Part shown: one piece after another, positions 42,761 to 55,783 of the stretch
How the letters are laid out: each line of letters starts with the position of its first letter
How positions within the stretch are numbered: the stretch's first letter is position 1
Assembly: GCA_951406725.2 (NCBI GenBank)
Contig: OX597830.1
Coordinates: forward strand, 20,832,001-20,896,000
Origin: Octopus vulgaris
Taxonomy: Eukaryota
Direction of reading: 5' to 3'
Length of the DNA stretch: 64,000 nucleotides
The notes under the pieces: model-generated
What the model was told of the DNA's origin: nothing
What the model saw: only the letters and a program-made list of their open reading frames with translations
Databases searched by the model: none
Translations under genes and position numbers: made by a program

Positions 42761-43079
42761 GGGGCTGAACTCATTCACGTTTATACAAATCCCTATCTAT
42801 GCAATATGCACGCATGTATACACTGTAAACACACGTAGGGATTCTGAAAAGTTCCTGGCTTTGAGTCAAAGAACCTGGAAGATCGGGCCTCCAGTCAGGC
42901 GGCCTTTCGCGACACCCTTAAAACCAGGAAATTGTCGGCATCCCTTCCTACACTTCTACACACACTTCTACACTACACATATGCTGTCACATACAGTTAT
43001 ACACACTAGAATACTCATTTATAAATACTTTTATTTTACATATCACCCACATATCTATCGTTTGCATGTGGGGTAAGAA

Positions 43080-43320
43080 TTGTGTTGGTGCATAATTATT
43101 GCGGCTTTTTTTTTTTTCAACAAAAACAATAGCAGCAATCAGCAGCAACATCTTTCAATGATTATTCCGGAGCATATTCACCATCTACTTCAATTACTGC
43201 TTCCCATTTGCTTGGCAGACTGTTAGACCGTCGTTTAAAGATGCTTTTGTTAAAAATTGTTATTGTTTTTGTTGAATAACATTTATTGAAAAAAAGCCGC
43301 AATATTTATGCACAAACCCA

Positions 43321-43322
<2 letters not shown>
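43080..43322 (-). mobile_element. mariner-derived MITE (internal deletion derivative)
   Basis: TIRs ttgtgttggtgcataattattgcggc / gccgcaatatttatgcacaaacccaa+TA; the minus strand encodes the mariner C-terminus LPSKWEAVIEVDGEY. Confidence 0.8.
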
Positions 43323-43417
<95 letters not shown>

Positions 43418-43557
43418 AATGATAATAATGATAATAATAATATGCATGGTGCTTCAGCATGGCCGCAGTCAAATGACTGAAACAAGTAAAAGAATTAAAA
43501 AAAATATACACACGTAGATAATTATACATATATATATAAATTTTTGTGTGTATATTT

Positions 43558-43840
43558 TTTCTTTTACTTGTTTCAATGACTGCGACCATGCTGGAGCACC
43601 GCCTTTAGTCGAGCAAATCAACCCCAGGACTTATTCTTTGTAAGCCTAGTACTTATTCTATCGGTCTATTTTGCCGAACCGCTAAGTTACAGGGACGTAA
43701 ACACACCAACAACGGCTGTCAAGCGATGTTGTGGGGACAAACACACACACATATATATATATGATGGGCTTCTTTCAGTTTCCGTCTACCAAATCCACTC
43801 ACAAGGCTTTGGTCGGGCCGAGGCTATAGTAGAAGACACT
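43558..43840 (-). mobile_element. SINE family A, 5'-truncated
   Basis: Matches family A; a small opposite-strand tail fragment lies at 43446-43500. Confidence 0.85.
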
Positions 43841-44029
43841 CTGTGTATATATATATGTGTGTGTATATCTATATATGTACACACACCCATATATATATAC
43901 ACACATAAACCTAAATACATCTATACATTTATATACATATATGCATATATACATATATATGCATATATGCTCGCGCGTGTGTATGTGTGTGTGTGTGTGT
44001 GTGAGTGTGTGTGCATGCATGTCTCTACC

Positions 44030-44196
44030 AGGCGTGGCTATGTGGTAAGAAGATTGTTTCCCAACCACATGGTTCTGAGTTCAGTCCCACTGCATGGCAC
44101 CTTGGGTATGTGTCTTCTTCTATAGCCTCGAACCGACCAAAGCCTTGTGTTTGGATTTGGCAGACGGAAACCGAAAGAAGCCCGTCGTCGTGTCTT

Positions 44197-44276
<80 letters not shown>

Positions 44277-44465
44277 CGTGTCTGTGTTTGTTTCCTCACC
44301 ATCGCTTCACAACCAATGTTGGTGTGTTTACATCCCTGAAACATAGCGGTTCAGTAAAAGATAGAACAAGTACTTGGCTTAGAAAGAACAAGTCCTGAGG
44401 TCGATTTATGCGACTAAAGGCTGTGCTCCAGCATGACCGCTGTCAAATGACTGAAACAAGTAAAA

Positions 44466-44470
<5 letters not shown>
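44030..44470 (+). mobile_element. SINE family A
   Basis: Head, internal (TG)n and tail all present. Confidence 0.85.
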
Positions 44471-44532
<62 letters not shown>

Positions 44533-44804
44533 TAAATACATATATATATATACAACACGTTTATGTATGTGTGTATATAAATATATACTGTTTTTACTCA
44601 TGCACATTAGCATATCAACGCATAATAATAGACATGCATACACACACACACACACATACATGCACAAAGCAACACACTATATGCACAACATATACATACA
44701 TACATCTATACATACGCGTGTTGATATAATACGTAGTGTATAAACATGAATATATAACACACGCTTTTGTACACATGCAGGTACACATTTAACTGTATAT
44801 TACT

Positions 44805-44856
<52 letters not shown>

Positions 44857-44915
44857 TACATGCTTACTGAAAGTTTACATAGATCAAAGACCTTACATAC
44901 ACAGTTACGCATACG

Positions 44916-44956
<41 letters not shown>

Positions 44957-45227
44957 AAATATACGCCCACTTACATATACAGACTAGTATGCATTCTAAT
45001 ATACATATACACATATTGGCATTTCCATATTCATACACAGCCGTTTACACCCCACACACTCACACACACACACATGCATGTGTCACATGCGCACATGTAC
45101 ACGTAACGTACACGTAATACATACACACTCACAACACCGAAGATGTCGGCTGTTATCGAATACCATTAGGAAGAATTGAGATCTTCATACGTGACTCAGC
45201 TCCTTCATATTTTTTTTTATTTCATTC

Positions 45228-45605
45228 TCCGGCATCAACCCACCCGTTTGAAGAAAATATCTTTCTTAATAACTTCTTCCGTCCTTGTTCTCTCTCTTTC
45301 ATCCAATTCTCTCGTCAATTTCTTCCTTCCTTCCTTCATTTCTTTCTTCTTTCATTCATCTGTCTATCCCTCTCATTTTTCACTTTTCTCTCATACTTAG
45401 CTGTTCCACTCTTTCCGGCATCAACCCACCCGTTTGAAGAAAATATCTTTCTTAATAACTTCTTCCATCCTTGTTCTCTCTCTTTCATCCAATTCTTTCG
45501 TCAATTTCTTCCTTCCTTCCTTCATTTCTTTCTTCTTTCATTCATCTATCTATCTCTCCCTCTCATTTTTCACTTTTCTCTCATACTTTGCAGTTCCACT
45601 CTTTC
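45228..45605. repeat. 186-bp direct tandem duplication
   Basis: tccggcatcaacccacccgtttgaagaaaatatc starts at 45228 and at 45414. Confidence 0.9.
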
Positions 45606-46087
45606 ACTTCTATATTTTCTTATTTCTTTCTCCCTATTTTTTTACCTTTTATATATTTCTTTCCTCCCCAACCTTTCCTTCTCTCCCTATTCCATCCTCC
45701 TTTTTTTCCAATATTTGGTTTTCTATCCTAACATATTTCTTATCCCTCTTTGTTTTTTTTTCATTCATCTTTTTCATCAAATTCTTCCATTTTTTTCTCC
45801 CAATCTCTCCTTGACATTCATTTCATTCTTCAATTGTTTCTTTTCATCTTTCGTTCTTATACCCTCTCTCATTCACTCTCTCTCCTCCCTCTTTTTCTCA
45901 TTCATTCTCTTTTTCTCTTTCACTCACACCACTTTTCTTTCACCAATTTCCTTCATCTATTTCTTACCATTATCTCTTCCCTTTCATTATTCCTCCAATT
46001 TCTTTCCTTCACTCGCTCTCACTTCTTCAGCCAATTTATTTACATATTTTCTTCTTGTTTTTCATTTTCCTGCAACTTTCTTCATTC

Positions 46088-46132
<45 letters not shown>

Positions 46133-46388
46133 GTCAGTCATTCATATTTCTCAACCTGATTCTTTCCATAATTCTCTTAATTCTTCCGCCCTTTTTAAGT
46201 CCTTCTTTTTCTTTTTTCTTCATCCTCAGTTCTCTTTTTCTTTTTTCTTTCTCTTTCTCTCACTCTTTCTCTCTCACTTTCTTAAACTCTTTTCCCTCCT
46301 CCTCCTCGTCCTTTTTTCATTTCCGTGTGCTTTCTTTCCTCCTTCTTTCATTTCTTTCTTTCTTCTTCTTATTCTTTTTATTATTATA

Positions 46389-46421
<33 letters not shown>

Positions 46422-46889
46422 GTCCATTTTTCTTATTCTTATTCTGCATTTTCCTTTTCTTCCTTCTTCTTCTTCATATTCTTCTTCGTCTGCCCCTCTC
46501 CTCTCCCCCTTCACTCTACCCATTCTCTTCAGCTCCTTCTCTGACATTCCTTCATCTTCCCCACATTTCTTTCTTTCAGTTCTTCTCTTTCAATCTCGCC
46601 GTCCTTACCTTCATCAACTTCCTCCTTTACTCACACTACCTTCTTCTCAGCCACTTCATTATTTTCGTTCGTTCTTCTACTTGTATCAGTCCTTGGACTG
46701 CGGCCATGCTGGAACACCATCTTGAAAGGATTAGCCGATCGAATTAGCCGACCTCATTGTGGTACTTGTTCTAATGGTTACTTTCACCGAACAGCTAGGT
46801 TAATGAGGCATAAAAGAACCCAGCAATTGTTAAGCCTCTTTTTTGTCCAATCATTCGCCATGCTGGATCACCGAACTCGTTTTTTTTTT

Positions 46890-47030
46890 TCATTCTCTCT
46901 CTATTCTGTTAAAGAGCGTAGGCTCGAAACGTAAAAGACTTTTTCATTTTTTCCGAGCGTTAAACTAATACACTTTCTTGTTGTTCATACATTTGGCTTC
47001 GTCTTTCGTTTTCCTATAAATTTCAACTGC
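46890..47030 (+). mobile_element. short PLE-like repeat with degenerate hammerhead motif
   Basis: CTGTTAA-A-GAGC-GTAG-GCTC-GAAA-CG-TA-AAAG at 46906-46937; homologous to 18176-18345. Confidence 0.65.
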
Positions 47031-47104
<74 letters not shown>

Positions 47105-47106
47105 AT

Positions 47107-47184
47107 CGCAGGAGTGGCTGTGTGGTAAGTAGCTTGCTTACCAACCACATGGTTCCGGGTTCAGTCCCACTGCGTGGCACCTTG
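47107..47184 (+). mobile_element. SINE family A head, probably continued at 48495
   Basis: Stops at gcgtggcaccttg. Confidence 0.85.
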
Positions 47185-47193
47185 AAGACACTT

Positions 47194-47430
47194 GGTATTT
47201 TTATATAAGCTTAAAGCTTAAGGCGATCACCGTGCAATAACTAAGGAAAATAGTGCAATAATAGAGCATATATGCCCTCGACAGAAAAAAGAAGGCTTTC
47301 CTATCCGCGTGGATAGAAAGGCCTTCTTTTTGTGTGTGTGTGTGTCGAGGGCTTATATGCCCCGTTATTAGACTATTTTCTTTAGTCATTGCACGGTGAT
47401 CGCCATAAGCCTTAAGCTTTCATAAATACC
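47194..47430. mobile_element. fold-back MITE-like element (about 110-bp imperfect arms, 4-nt loop)
   Basis: ggtattt...aggcgatcaccgtgcaat...ctatcc gcgt ggatag...attgcacggtgatcgcc...aaatacc. Confidence 0.75.
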
Positions 47431-47493
47431 ATTATTATTATTATTTACAGGATTGTAAATCACGGCGCCGTATAAAAAACATTCGCATCGAAA

Positions 47494-47528
<35 letters not shown>

Positions 47529-47529
<1 letters not shown>

Positions 47530-47756
47530 TTTATTTAAAGCAGCAGAAAATTCAACAAAACCTGTTACTCTGAGTTTCACGTTGCCGTTCATCGGACAGT
47601 TTTTTCTAGCAAAAACTGTCCGATGAACGGCAACGTGAAACTCAGAGTAACAGGTTTTGTTGAATTTTCTGCTGCTTTAAATAAAGCATATTACTCTACC
47701 ACTGGTATTTGAGTACTCTTTTTTTCCACCTTGTTTCACATTTATGTGTTTACTCC

Positions 47757-47759
<3 letters not shown>
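47529..47759 (+). mobile_element. PLE-like fold-back, perfect 76-bp arms + 3' tail, in (TA)n
   Basis: 47529-47604 is the exact reverse complement of 47611-47686; tail 47687-47759. Confidence 0.8.
47609..47660 (+). ncRNA. minimal type I hammerhead ribozyme motif (U4C core variant)
   Basis: gcaaaaactgt-CCGATGA-ACG-GCAA-CGT-GAAA-CTCAGAG-TA-acaggttttgt; predicted GUA cleavage after 47649. Confidence 0.7.
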
Positions 47760-47799
<40 letters not shown>

Positions 47800-47801
<2 letters not shown>

Positions 47802-47861
47802 GCCCGGTCTGGGAATCGAAACCGCGAGTCCGCTGCCTAACCACTGGGCCATTGTGCCTCC
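47800..47861 (-). mobile_element. SINE head H1 fragment
   Basis: cgcccggtctgggaatcgaaaccgcga...ccactgggccattgtgcctcc. Confidence 0.75.
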
Positions 47862-48494
47862 ACAATGTAGTACACAAACTAAAGTGTAACTGTGTCACAG
47901 TAAGTTGATTGTTCATCACCATATCTTTGCGGCTATTTACACCTTACTCAGAAAGTGTGACTTTGTGTGACCCAGTTCAATATGTCATCTCTATCTCTCG
48001 CTCAATTCTTTCATCTGGACATTACCTATTTCGAGTCCTAAGACTCGTAGGAACGGTTACCAGGTTCCACACTCCTCCTCATCGGGACTCCAGTCTGTCG
48101 CAGGGTTAACCATTTACAGCTGAGTGGGTTTGAACAACGAGAAATGAAGTAACTTGCTCAACAGTACAACGCCATCACTTTCATCATCTACTCTTACAAC
48201 TACTTCTTTTTTTTCTTCTCTTCTTTCACTTTCGGCATTCTCAGGAAATAGACTTAATCCACGGATAGCGTTAACGTCACATCATCTGACCCTTAGCGGA
48301 TTAAAGCAGAATCCATTTTGTTACAAGTATTCCAATTGGGTTTCCAGATTTCATTATGGCTTTGTTCGCTTCCGTCAGTCTCGAAGACTCTCAAGAATGA
48401 TTCAGGACTGCTGCGCTTCGTCCTCTAAATAAGTTTTCAAAATTCATAAATCTTTTTTTTTTTCAGATTTTACGCACTGCGTGGCAATTTGGCG

Positions 48495-48591
48495 GCGTGG
48501 CACCTTGGCTGCATGTCTTCTACTATAGCCTCGTACCGACCAAAACCTTGTGAGTAGATTTGGTAGTAGACGGAAACTGAAAGAAACCCGT

Positions 48592-48683
<92 letters not shown>

Positions 48684-48915
48684 TGTGTGTCTTTGTGTCT
48701 GTGTATATCTCCCACCACCGCTTGACAACCAATTTTGGTGCGTTTACGTCCCCGTGACTTAGCTTTTCAGCAAAAGGGTCCGATAGAATAAGTAGTACTA
48801 GGCTTACAAAGAATAAGTCCTGAGGGTCGGTTTCTTCGACTGAAAAAAACCCCTTTAAGGCGGTGCTCCAGCATGGCCGCAGTCAAATGACTGAAACAAG
48901 TAAAAGAATAAAGAA
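48495..48915 (+). mobile_element. SINE family A lacking the tRNA head
   Basis: Starts gcgtggcaccttgg and runs to the standard tail. Confidence 0.85.
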
Positions 48916-49077
48916 TCTGCAGCCTATGTATGTATGTATGTATGTATCTATCTATCTATCTATCTATCTGTTTATCTATCTATGCATCTATCTACCTATC
49001 TATTCACCCCTTTCTATATCAAGCTATCTATCAATCTCCCTACCCATCTATCGACCTATATAACTTTACGTCTACCC

Positions 49078-49169
<92 letters not shown>

Positions 49170-49671
49170 GAATGAATGAATGAATGTCTATTTATCTACC
49201 TATCTATCCACCCCTACAACTACCCATCAATCTACTTACATATTTATCTCTTTCATTCACTTCTTTTCCAATTGCCGCCATTTTGTTCCTTCCTCAATTT
49301 CTTCCTGTTTTTCTTCCTATTTCCGTTTCCTCTCTGAGTTTTCTCTTCTAACAATGTCTTTTCTATCCTTAACATCCTTCCTTTACTTCATTCGTCCATT
49401 TTTTTATTATTTTTCTTCTTCATTCATTCATTTATTTCATCGTTTCCTCTAACACCTCCTTTTTCTTCGTTTTCCTTTCATATTTTTTCTTCCGTCTGAT
49501 TTTCTTCTTCATTGCCTTCCTTAAATCTTTATGCGTTATCTCGTTCCTTATATGTTTCCTTCCTTTATTAATCTCTTTTATTCATTTCGTTTCCTTTAGC
49601 CATATTCCTTCATTCATTCTTTCACCAATTTATCCACCCCACCCACCACACATACTGTTCTATTCTTTTAT

Positions 49672-49890
49672 CTTGTTCTTGTTTCAGCAATTAGACTGTG
49701 GCCATGCTGGGGCATCACCCTGAAGAAAAGTTTAGTCGAACAATTAGACTAGATCACTGATTTTTTCTTTCTTTCTATTTTTTTCTTTCTAAAGTCTGGT
49801 ACATATTATATCCGCCCTCTTGCCGAACTAAGTTACGAGGACGTAAACAAACTGACAATGGTTGTCTAGCGGTGCAAGGAAATGACAAAC
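49672..49890 (-). mobile_element. SINE family A 3' half, degenerate
   Basis: ttgtttcagcaattagactgtggccatgctgggg...ctaagttacgaggacgtaaac. Confidence 0.7.
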
Positions 49891-49905
49891 ACATTCAAAA
49901 ATAGC

Positions 49906-50024
<119 letters not shown>

Positions 50025-50035
50025 GCACATATTTA

Positions 50036-50250
50036 AGGCAGCGGGCTGGCAGAATCGTTAGCACGCCGGGCAAAAAGCATAGCGGTATTTCGCTGGCTTT
50101 TGCATCCTAAGTTCAAATTCCGCTGAGGTTGACTTTGTCTTTCACCCTTTCGTGGGCGACAAAACAAGTACTAGTTGAGAACTGGGGTCGATATAATCGA
50201 CTAACCCCGTCTCACGAAACTGCTGGCCTTGTGCCAAAATTTCAAACCAA
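50036..50250 (+). mobile_element. SINE family C
   Basis: ggcagcgggctggcagaatcgttagcacgccggg...gttcaaattccgctgaggttgactttg. Confidence 0.85.
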
Positions 50251-50278
50251 TATTTATATACATCTCTCTCTTGTTATG

Positions 50279-50337
<59 letters not shown>

Positions 50338-50388
50338 ATACATATATAAATAAATGGAGTTGAACGAAGATGTTAATAAATTTTTTTA

Positions 50389-50469
50389 CTTTCGACATAT
50401 GTTTCGAAGACAACGTGGTTTTATTCCAAAGATTAAACGGTGTAAGATGCAATCTTCTCATCAGGAAAG
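50389..50469 (-). ncRNA. type I hammerhead ribozyme with canonical core
   Basis: Minus: CTTTC-CTGATGA-GAAGA-(42 nt)-TCTTC-GAAA-CATATG-TC-GAAAG; GUC cleavage between 50394 and 50393; lies in a ~220-bp unique segment between two (TA)n tracts. Confidence 0.85.
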
Positions 50470-50553
50470 AAAGAGACCCTCTCTCAACAACAAGACATTA
50501 TAATGAATTTTCCATGTTAACGGTAAACATAGGATAATTCATTCACCCATCGA

Positions 50554-50585
<32 letters not shown>

Positions 50586-50587
50586 CA

Positions 50588-50624
<37 letters not shown>

Positions 50625-50630
<6 letters not shown>

Positions 50631-50975
50631 ATATATCCTATTGAAAATTTGGAGTGATGTTTCTCTATCCGTTAACTCCTCCTAAACTGTTGGTGCAAGG
50701 ACAACGAAACTCAAACCAGCAACTCCCCTAATCCCAGGGAAAGTCCTAAAGGGATCTATTTTTTAAGGGCCGCCTAATTGGAACCCCACTGACCCTCCCC
50801 CCTATTTTCACTGCAGTTTAAACTAAATATATGGCATTGGCAACCAAATTGGAGCAATGACAATGAATTTCATACCAAGAACTCCCAGGGAATATCGTAA
50901 GGTGATTCAATTCCTGAAGGGCCGCTTAAATGGGGCCCCACTGACCTCGCCACCTATTTTTACTGTGTTTAGCGC
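50625..50975 (+). mobile_element. Helitron/HINE-like fragment with internal direct duplication
   Basis: taactcctcctaaac motif; the block cccaggg...aagggccgc...ccccactgacc...cctatttt occurs at about 50733 and 50884. Confidence 0.4.
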
Positions 50976-50982
50976 ATATATT

Positions 50983-51352
50983 CTTTTATTTGTTTCAGCC
51001 ATACTGGAGCACCACCTTTAGTCGAGCAAATCGACCCCAGGAGTTATTCTTTGTAAGCCTAGTACTTATTCTATCGGTTTCTTTTGGCGAACCGCTAAAT
51101 TACGGAGACGTAAATACACCAGCATCGGTTGTCAAGCGATGTTGAGGGAACAAACACAGACATATATATATTTATATATATATATATATACACGACGGGC
51201 TTCTGTCAGTTTCCGTCAACTAAATCCACTCACAAGGGTTTGGTCGGCCTGAGGCTATAGGTAGAAGACACTTCCTCAAGGTCCCACACAGTAGGACTGA
51301 ACCCGGAACCATTTGATTGGAAGGCAAGCTACTTACCACACAGCCACTCCTG
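50983..51352 (-). mobile_element. SINE family A
   Basis: Full reverse-complement match. Confidence 0.85.
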
Positions 51353-51818
51353 AGACTATACACAACACACATACACACACACACACACACACGATGGTCT
51401 TCCCCACAGTTTTCGTCTACCAAATTCATTCACAAGGCATTGGTCGGCCAGGAATCATGGTTGAACATATTTACTGGACATTTTCTTTGGTTTAATTTGA
51501 TTCCTTCTCTTTCATTCAATTGCTTCTTAATTTCATTCACCTCATTCGCTTTTCCGTTTCCTTTCCTTTCTTGCTTTTTTCCTTCTTCTCATTCGTTCTT
51601 CCGTTTCTTTCTTCATCATCATTCTTACTTTAGAAGTCTTTATTTTCATTCGTTTCTTTACCTTCTTCTTACACTTTTTATTTCCTTCTTCCTCTCTCTC
51701 TCTCTCTCCTTTGCTTTCTCTTTCTTTAACTTGCTATTCCATTGTTTTTACTCTTTGTCACCATTTACCAGTCTTTCTCACGCTCCCCCCGTTTTCCCAC
51801 ACAAAAATCTTTCATATC

Positions 51819-52238
51819 AGGCGCGTGGCTACGTAGTAAGAAGTTTGCTTTCCAACCACATGGTTTCGGGTTCAGTCCCATTGAGTGTCACCTTGGGCAA
51901 TTGTCTTCTACTATTACCTCGGGCCGACAAAAGTCTTGTGAGTGGATTTCGTTAAGCGGAAACTGAAAGAAGCTCTCATATATTATATATGCGAGCGTGT
52001 GAGTTTGTGCGTGCGTGTGTGTGTGTGTGTGTATGTGTGTTTGTGTGTTTGTATGTGTGTGTGTACCCACCACCGCTTGATAACCAGTGTTGGTGTATTT
52101 ACATCCCCGTAAATCAGGGTTCGGCAAAAGACGCCGATAGAATAAGAACCAGACTTTACAAAAAAAAAGCAGCCGATTAAAATTCTTCAAGGAAGTGCCC
52201 CAGCATGGCCGCAATCTAATGACTGAAACAAGTAAAAC
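51819..52238 (+). mobile_element. SINE family A, older subfamily
   Basis: Head, internal (TG)n and tail all present. Confidence 0.85.
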
Positions 52239-52411
52239 GTCATGAGTTTTTTAATGCCTAATCTTTCCTCATGCCTTTTTACCCCCCCCCCCTTTATCAC
52301 TAACTCTTCACCATTTTCATACAAAACTTTTATCATCCACTAACCTTTGGTTAATTTCTCTCTCTTTCTCATTTACACATTCATACACACACACACACAC
52401 ACACATATATA

Positions 52412-52666
52412 TGTTAGTTAGTTAGTTAGTTAGTTAGTTAATTTGGTTCAAAAGCAAATAGCAAGGCCATGTAGGGGGACATGGAGTTAAGTACAGGGTG
52501 GTGTTCATGTAAAGAGTTCAGGCCACTTGAGGTCAAGGGAGGCTTTGAACAAAGCGGTCGTCGGCATCTTCACCATCTCGTCTGGCAGCTTGTTCCACGG
52601 ATCCGCAACCCGGACGGAGAAAGCTCCTCTCCTTCGATTGAGATGAAATCGTCGCAGGTAGAGCTT
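52412..52666 (-). mobile_element. CR1-type LINE 3' stub with (TAAC)n tail
   Basis: Highly similar to 31025-31256; (gtta)n at 52412-52440. Confidence 0.9.
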
Positions 52667-52989
52667 ATATATATACACTCTTTCATTTAAGGCAATACTT
52701 CATGTCCTTAGCCATGATTACTAAAACAAACTAAAGGATCAACGAATGAATCGTTTGTTATAATTCTCTGAGTTTTGACTGATTTCCCCCCTTCCTTTGT
52801 TTCTCTCTCTTTCTCTCTCCCTCTCTCTCATTAGCTCTTTTTTACTCTCTATCTCTATCTCACTTCATCACTCACTCGTCTCTCTCTCTTCGTACCCCGT
52901 AAACACATTCACTGTATCTCCTTCTTTTACTCTTCGTTATCTCTCCTCTCTTGCACCACCTCATCATAGTCAGCATATTTCTGTGATTA

Positions 52990-53201
52990 AATAAAATGTA
53001 ACTTGTACTTAAATGAAAAGTGTAGTTACATACATAAAGTGGGTGAAACAAAGAGGGAGAGAAAGAGAGGGAGAGAATGAAAGGAAGAGGATAGTATTTG
53101 TGAGCTGTAGTACAAGGAACGAAAAAGTTAGAGGACGAGGAGAGGGGAAAAAAGGAAGATACTTAGTAGTTACTGAGGAGATTCCGTAGGAGAGAGAGAG
53201 A

Positions 53202-53238
<37 letters not shown>

Positions 53239-53243
53239 TGTAT

Positions 53244-53302
<59 letters not shown>

Positions 53303-53328
53303 GATAGATAGGTAGGTAGATAGGTAGG

Positions 53329-53403
<75 letters not shown>

Positions 53404-55680
53404 GATAGGTAGGTAGGTAGGTAGATGGATAGATAGACAGACGGATAGATAGATAGATAGAGAGATAGAGAGATAGGGAGAAAAAGAGAGAGAGAGGATG
53501 AAATAGAAAGAGCAAACGTAACAGAGATACTGAAAAAAGACTGAGCGATAAGAGAGGAAAAACGAAAGAAGAGAGTGTGAGAGTAAGACTATATCAAATG
53601 AGAGAGAGTGGGAGAAGAAACATAGGAATGAAAGGAAGAGAGGAGGAAATAGAAAAAGAGAAAGAGGGAGAAAGAGGAGGGAGAAATATGTAATGATGAC
53701 AAGGGGAGAGAATTAAAAAGAAAGACAGATTGGTATGATGAGAGTGAGGGAGAATGAAATACCTCGTGACAGCTGTAGAGAATAGTAGAAAGATAGAGCG
53801 AGATTGAGAGAGAGTGAGCGAGAGTAAAAGGTAGAAAGGTAGAGAGAGGAACAGGAATGAGAGTGAGGGGAAAGTAATGGAAGAGATACAATGACTCTCT
53901 CTCTCTCTAGACGTAACAAAAAGAGAAATAAGAATAGAGAGAAAGAGAAATAGTTGAAAGACAAAGGGAGGGGGTGAAAGTAAAATATGAAGTATTGAAG
54001 AGATGCAGACAGGAAAAGAAGTATAGATAGATAGAGAGAGAGAGAGACAGAGAGAGAGAGTAAAACAGAAAGAAGGAGAGTAGGCGCAGGAGTGGCTTTG
54101 TGGTAAGTAGCTTGCTAACCAACCACATGGTTCCGGGTTCAGTCCCACTGCGTGGCATCTTGGGCAAGTGTCTTCTGCTATAGCCCCGGGCCGACCAATG
54201 CCTTGTGAGTGGATTTGGTAGGCGGAAACTGAAAGAAGCCTGTCGTATATATGTATATATATATATATGTGTGTGTGTGTATGTGTATGTTTGTGTGTCT
54301 GTGTTTGTCCCCCTAGCATTGCTTGACAACCGATGCTGGTGTGTTTACGTCCCCGTCACTTAGCGGTTCGGCAAAAAAAAGACCGATAGAATAAGTACTG
54401 GGCTTACAAAAAGAATAAGTCCCGGGGTCGAGTTGCTCGATTAAAGGCGGTGCTCCAGCATGGCCGCAGTCAAATGACTGAAACAAGTAAAAGAGAGTGT
54501 ATGTAGTAATAAGAGATGAAAGAGAAGGGGAGGAAAAGAAAGAAAGAGATAGAGAGATGAATAGAGATAATGTAAGGAGAAACAGAGAGGGAGAAAAAAA
54601 CACTTACGTATCAAAAGAATTGGAGGAGGAAAGAGTATATTCAAAGTGAGAGAGGGAAGAGAGATGGAAAGAGACAGGGAGTGAGAGTGTGTGAGAGAGA
54701 GAGAGAGAGAAAGAGTGTGTGAATGATAGAAAGAAAGAGAGGAAATTGGGAGAGGGAGAGAGAGAAAAGAGAGGGAGGGGCAGAGAGTAAGTTAGAGCGG
54801 AAAATGATTAAACAGGAAAGTGAAGAGTAACAGAAAGATAGATAGTGTGAAGGGAGAGAGAGAGGAAGTGAGAGAGTATGACTGTGAGGGGGAAACGATC
54901 GAGAAAGATAGAAATGAGCGTGAGAAGATGTAGAGAGAGAAATAGTATGAGAGAGGAGAGAGTGGGATAGTAATTGGAGACGAACTGGGGTAGATACACT
55001 AAGACAAAAGAGAGGGTGGGAGAGAGAGAGAGAGAGAGTGATGATAAGATGCAGGGGAAAATAGAGAGAATAAGATGGGAATGATGAGAGAGTAATTGAT
55101 GACAGATGAGGGAGAAAAAGTAGACAGAGTAAGAGAAAGAGTGAGATGTGGAAAGAGTGTGCTTAAATGGTGACATGACTGGAGGAAGATAGACTAAGAG
55201 AGAAAAGGACAGGGGAAAATGTACGGTGACATGAGAGAGGGAGAGAAAACGTATGATATATGGATAAGGGAAAGGAAAATAGAATAAGAAAACAGAGAGG
55301 GGGAGTATGGTGATACATGATAGAGGATATAGTAATAGAGGAAGAGAGATGGAGAGAATGTATGGTGACAGACGACAGAGGAAGATAGGAGTAAGGGAGA
55401 AATATGACTGAGAAAGAAGAGTGAGGGAAATAAAGAGTGAGTGACGATGTGTGGTGAAATATGACTGAAGAGAAAATAAGGGAGAAATAGAGAGGGTATG
55501 AAGGAAAGAGAGAAAATAAGGGAGAAATAGAGAGGGTATGAAGGAAAGAGAGAAAATAAGGGAGAAATAGAGAGGGTATCAAGGAAAGATGGAAGACGAC
55601 TGAGGAAGATAGAGTAAGAAAGACGGATGGAGAAAGCTGTTTAGATGTAGACAGGGTGAAAGAAACGAGAGGTTAAGAGA
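52990..55680. repeat. purine-rich (GA/AGAT) low-complexity field, including a 40-bp x3 tandem repeat at 55469-55589
   Basis: Directly visible. Confidence 0.85.
54083..54496 (+). mobile_element. SINE family A, full length, young subfamily
   Basis: Shares diagnostic variants with the 36720 copy. Confidence 0.92.
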
Positions 55681-55718
55681 GTACAAACGGTTCAATAATA
55701 CACACGTACACACACACG

Positions 55719-55761
<43 letters not shown>

Positions 55762-55783
55762 ACGAGAGATAAGGAATATAGGA

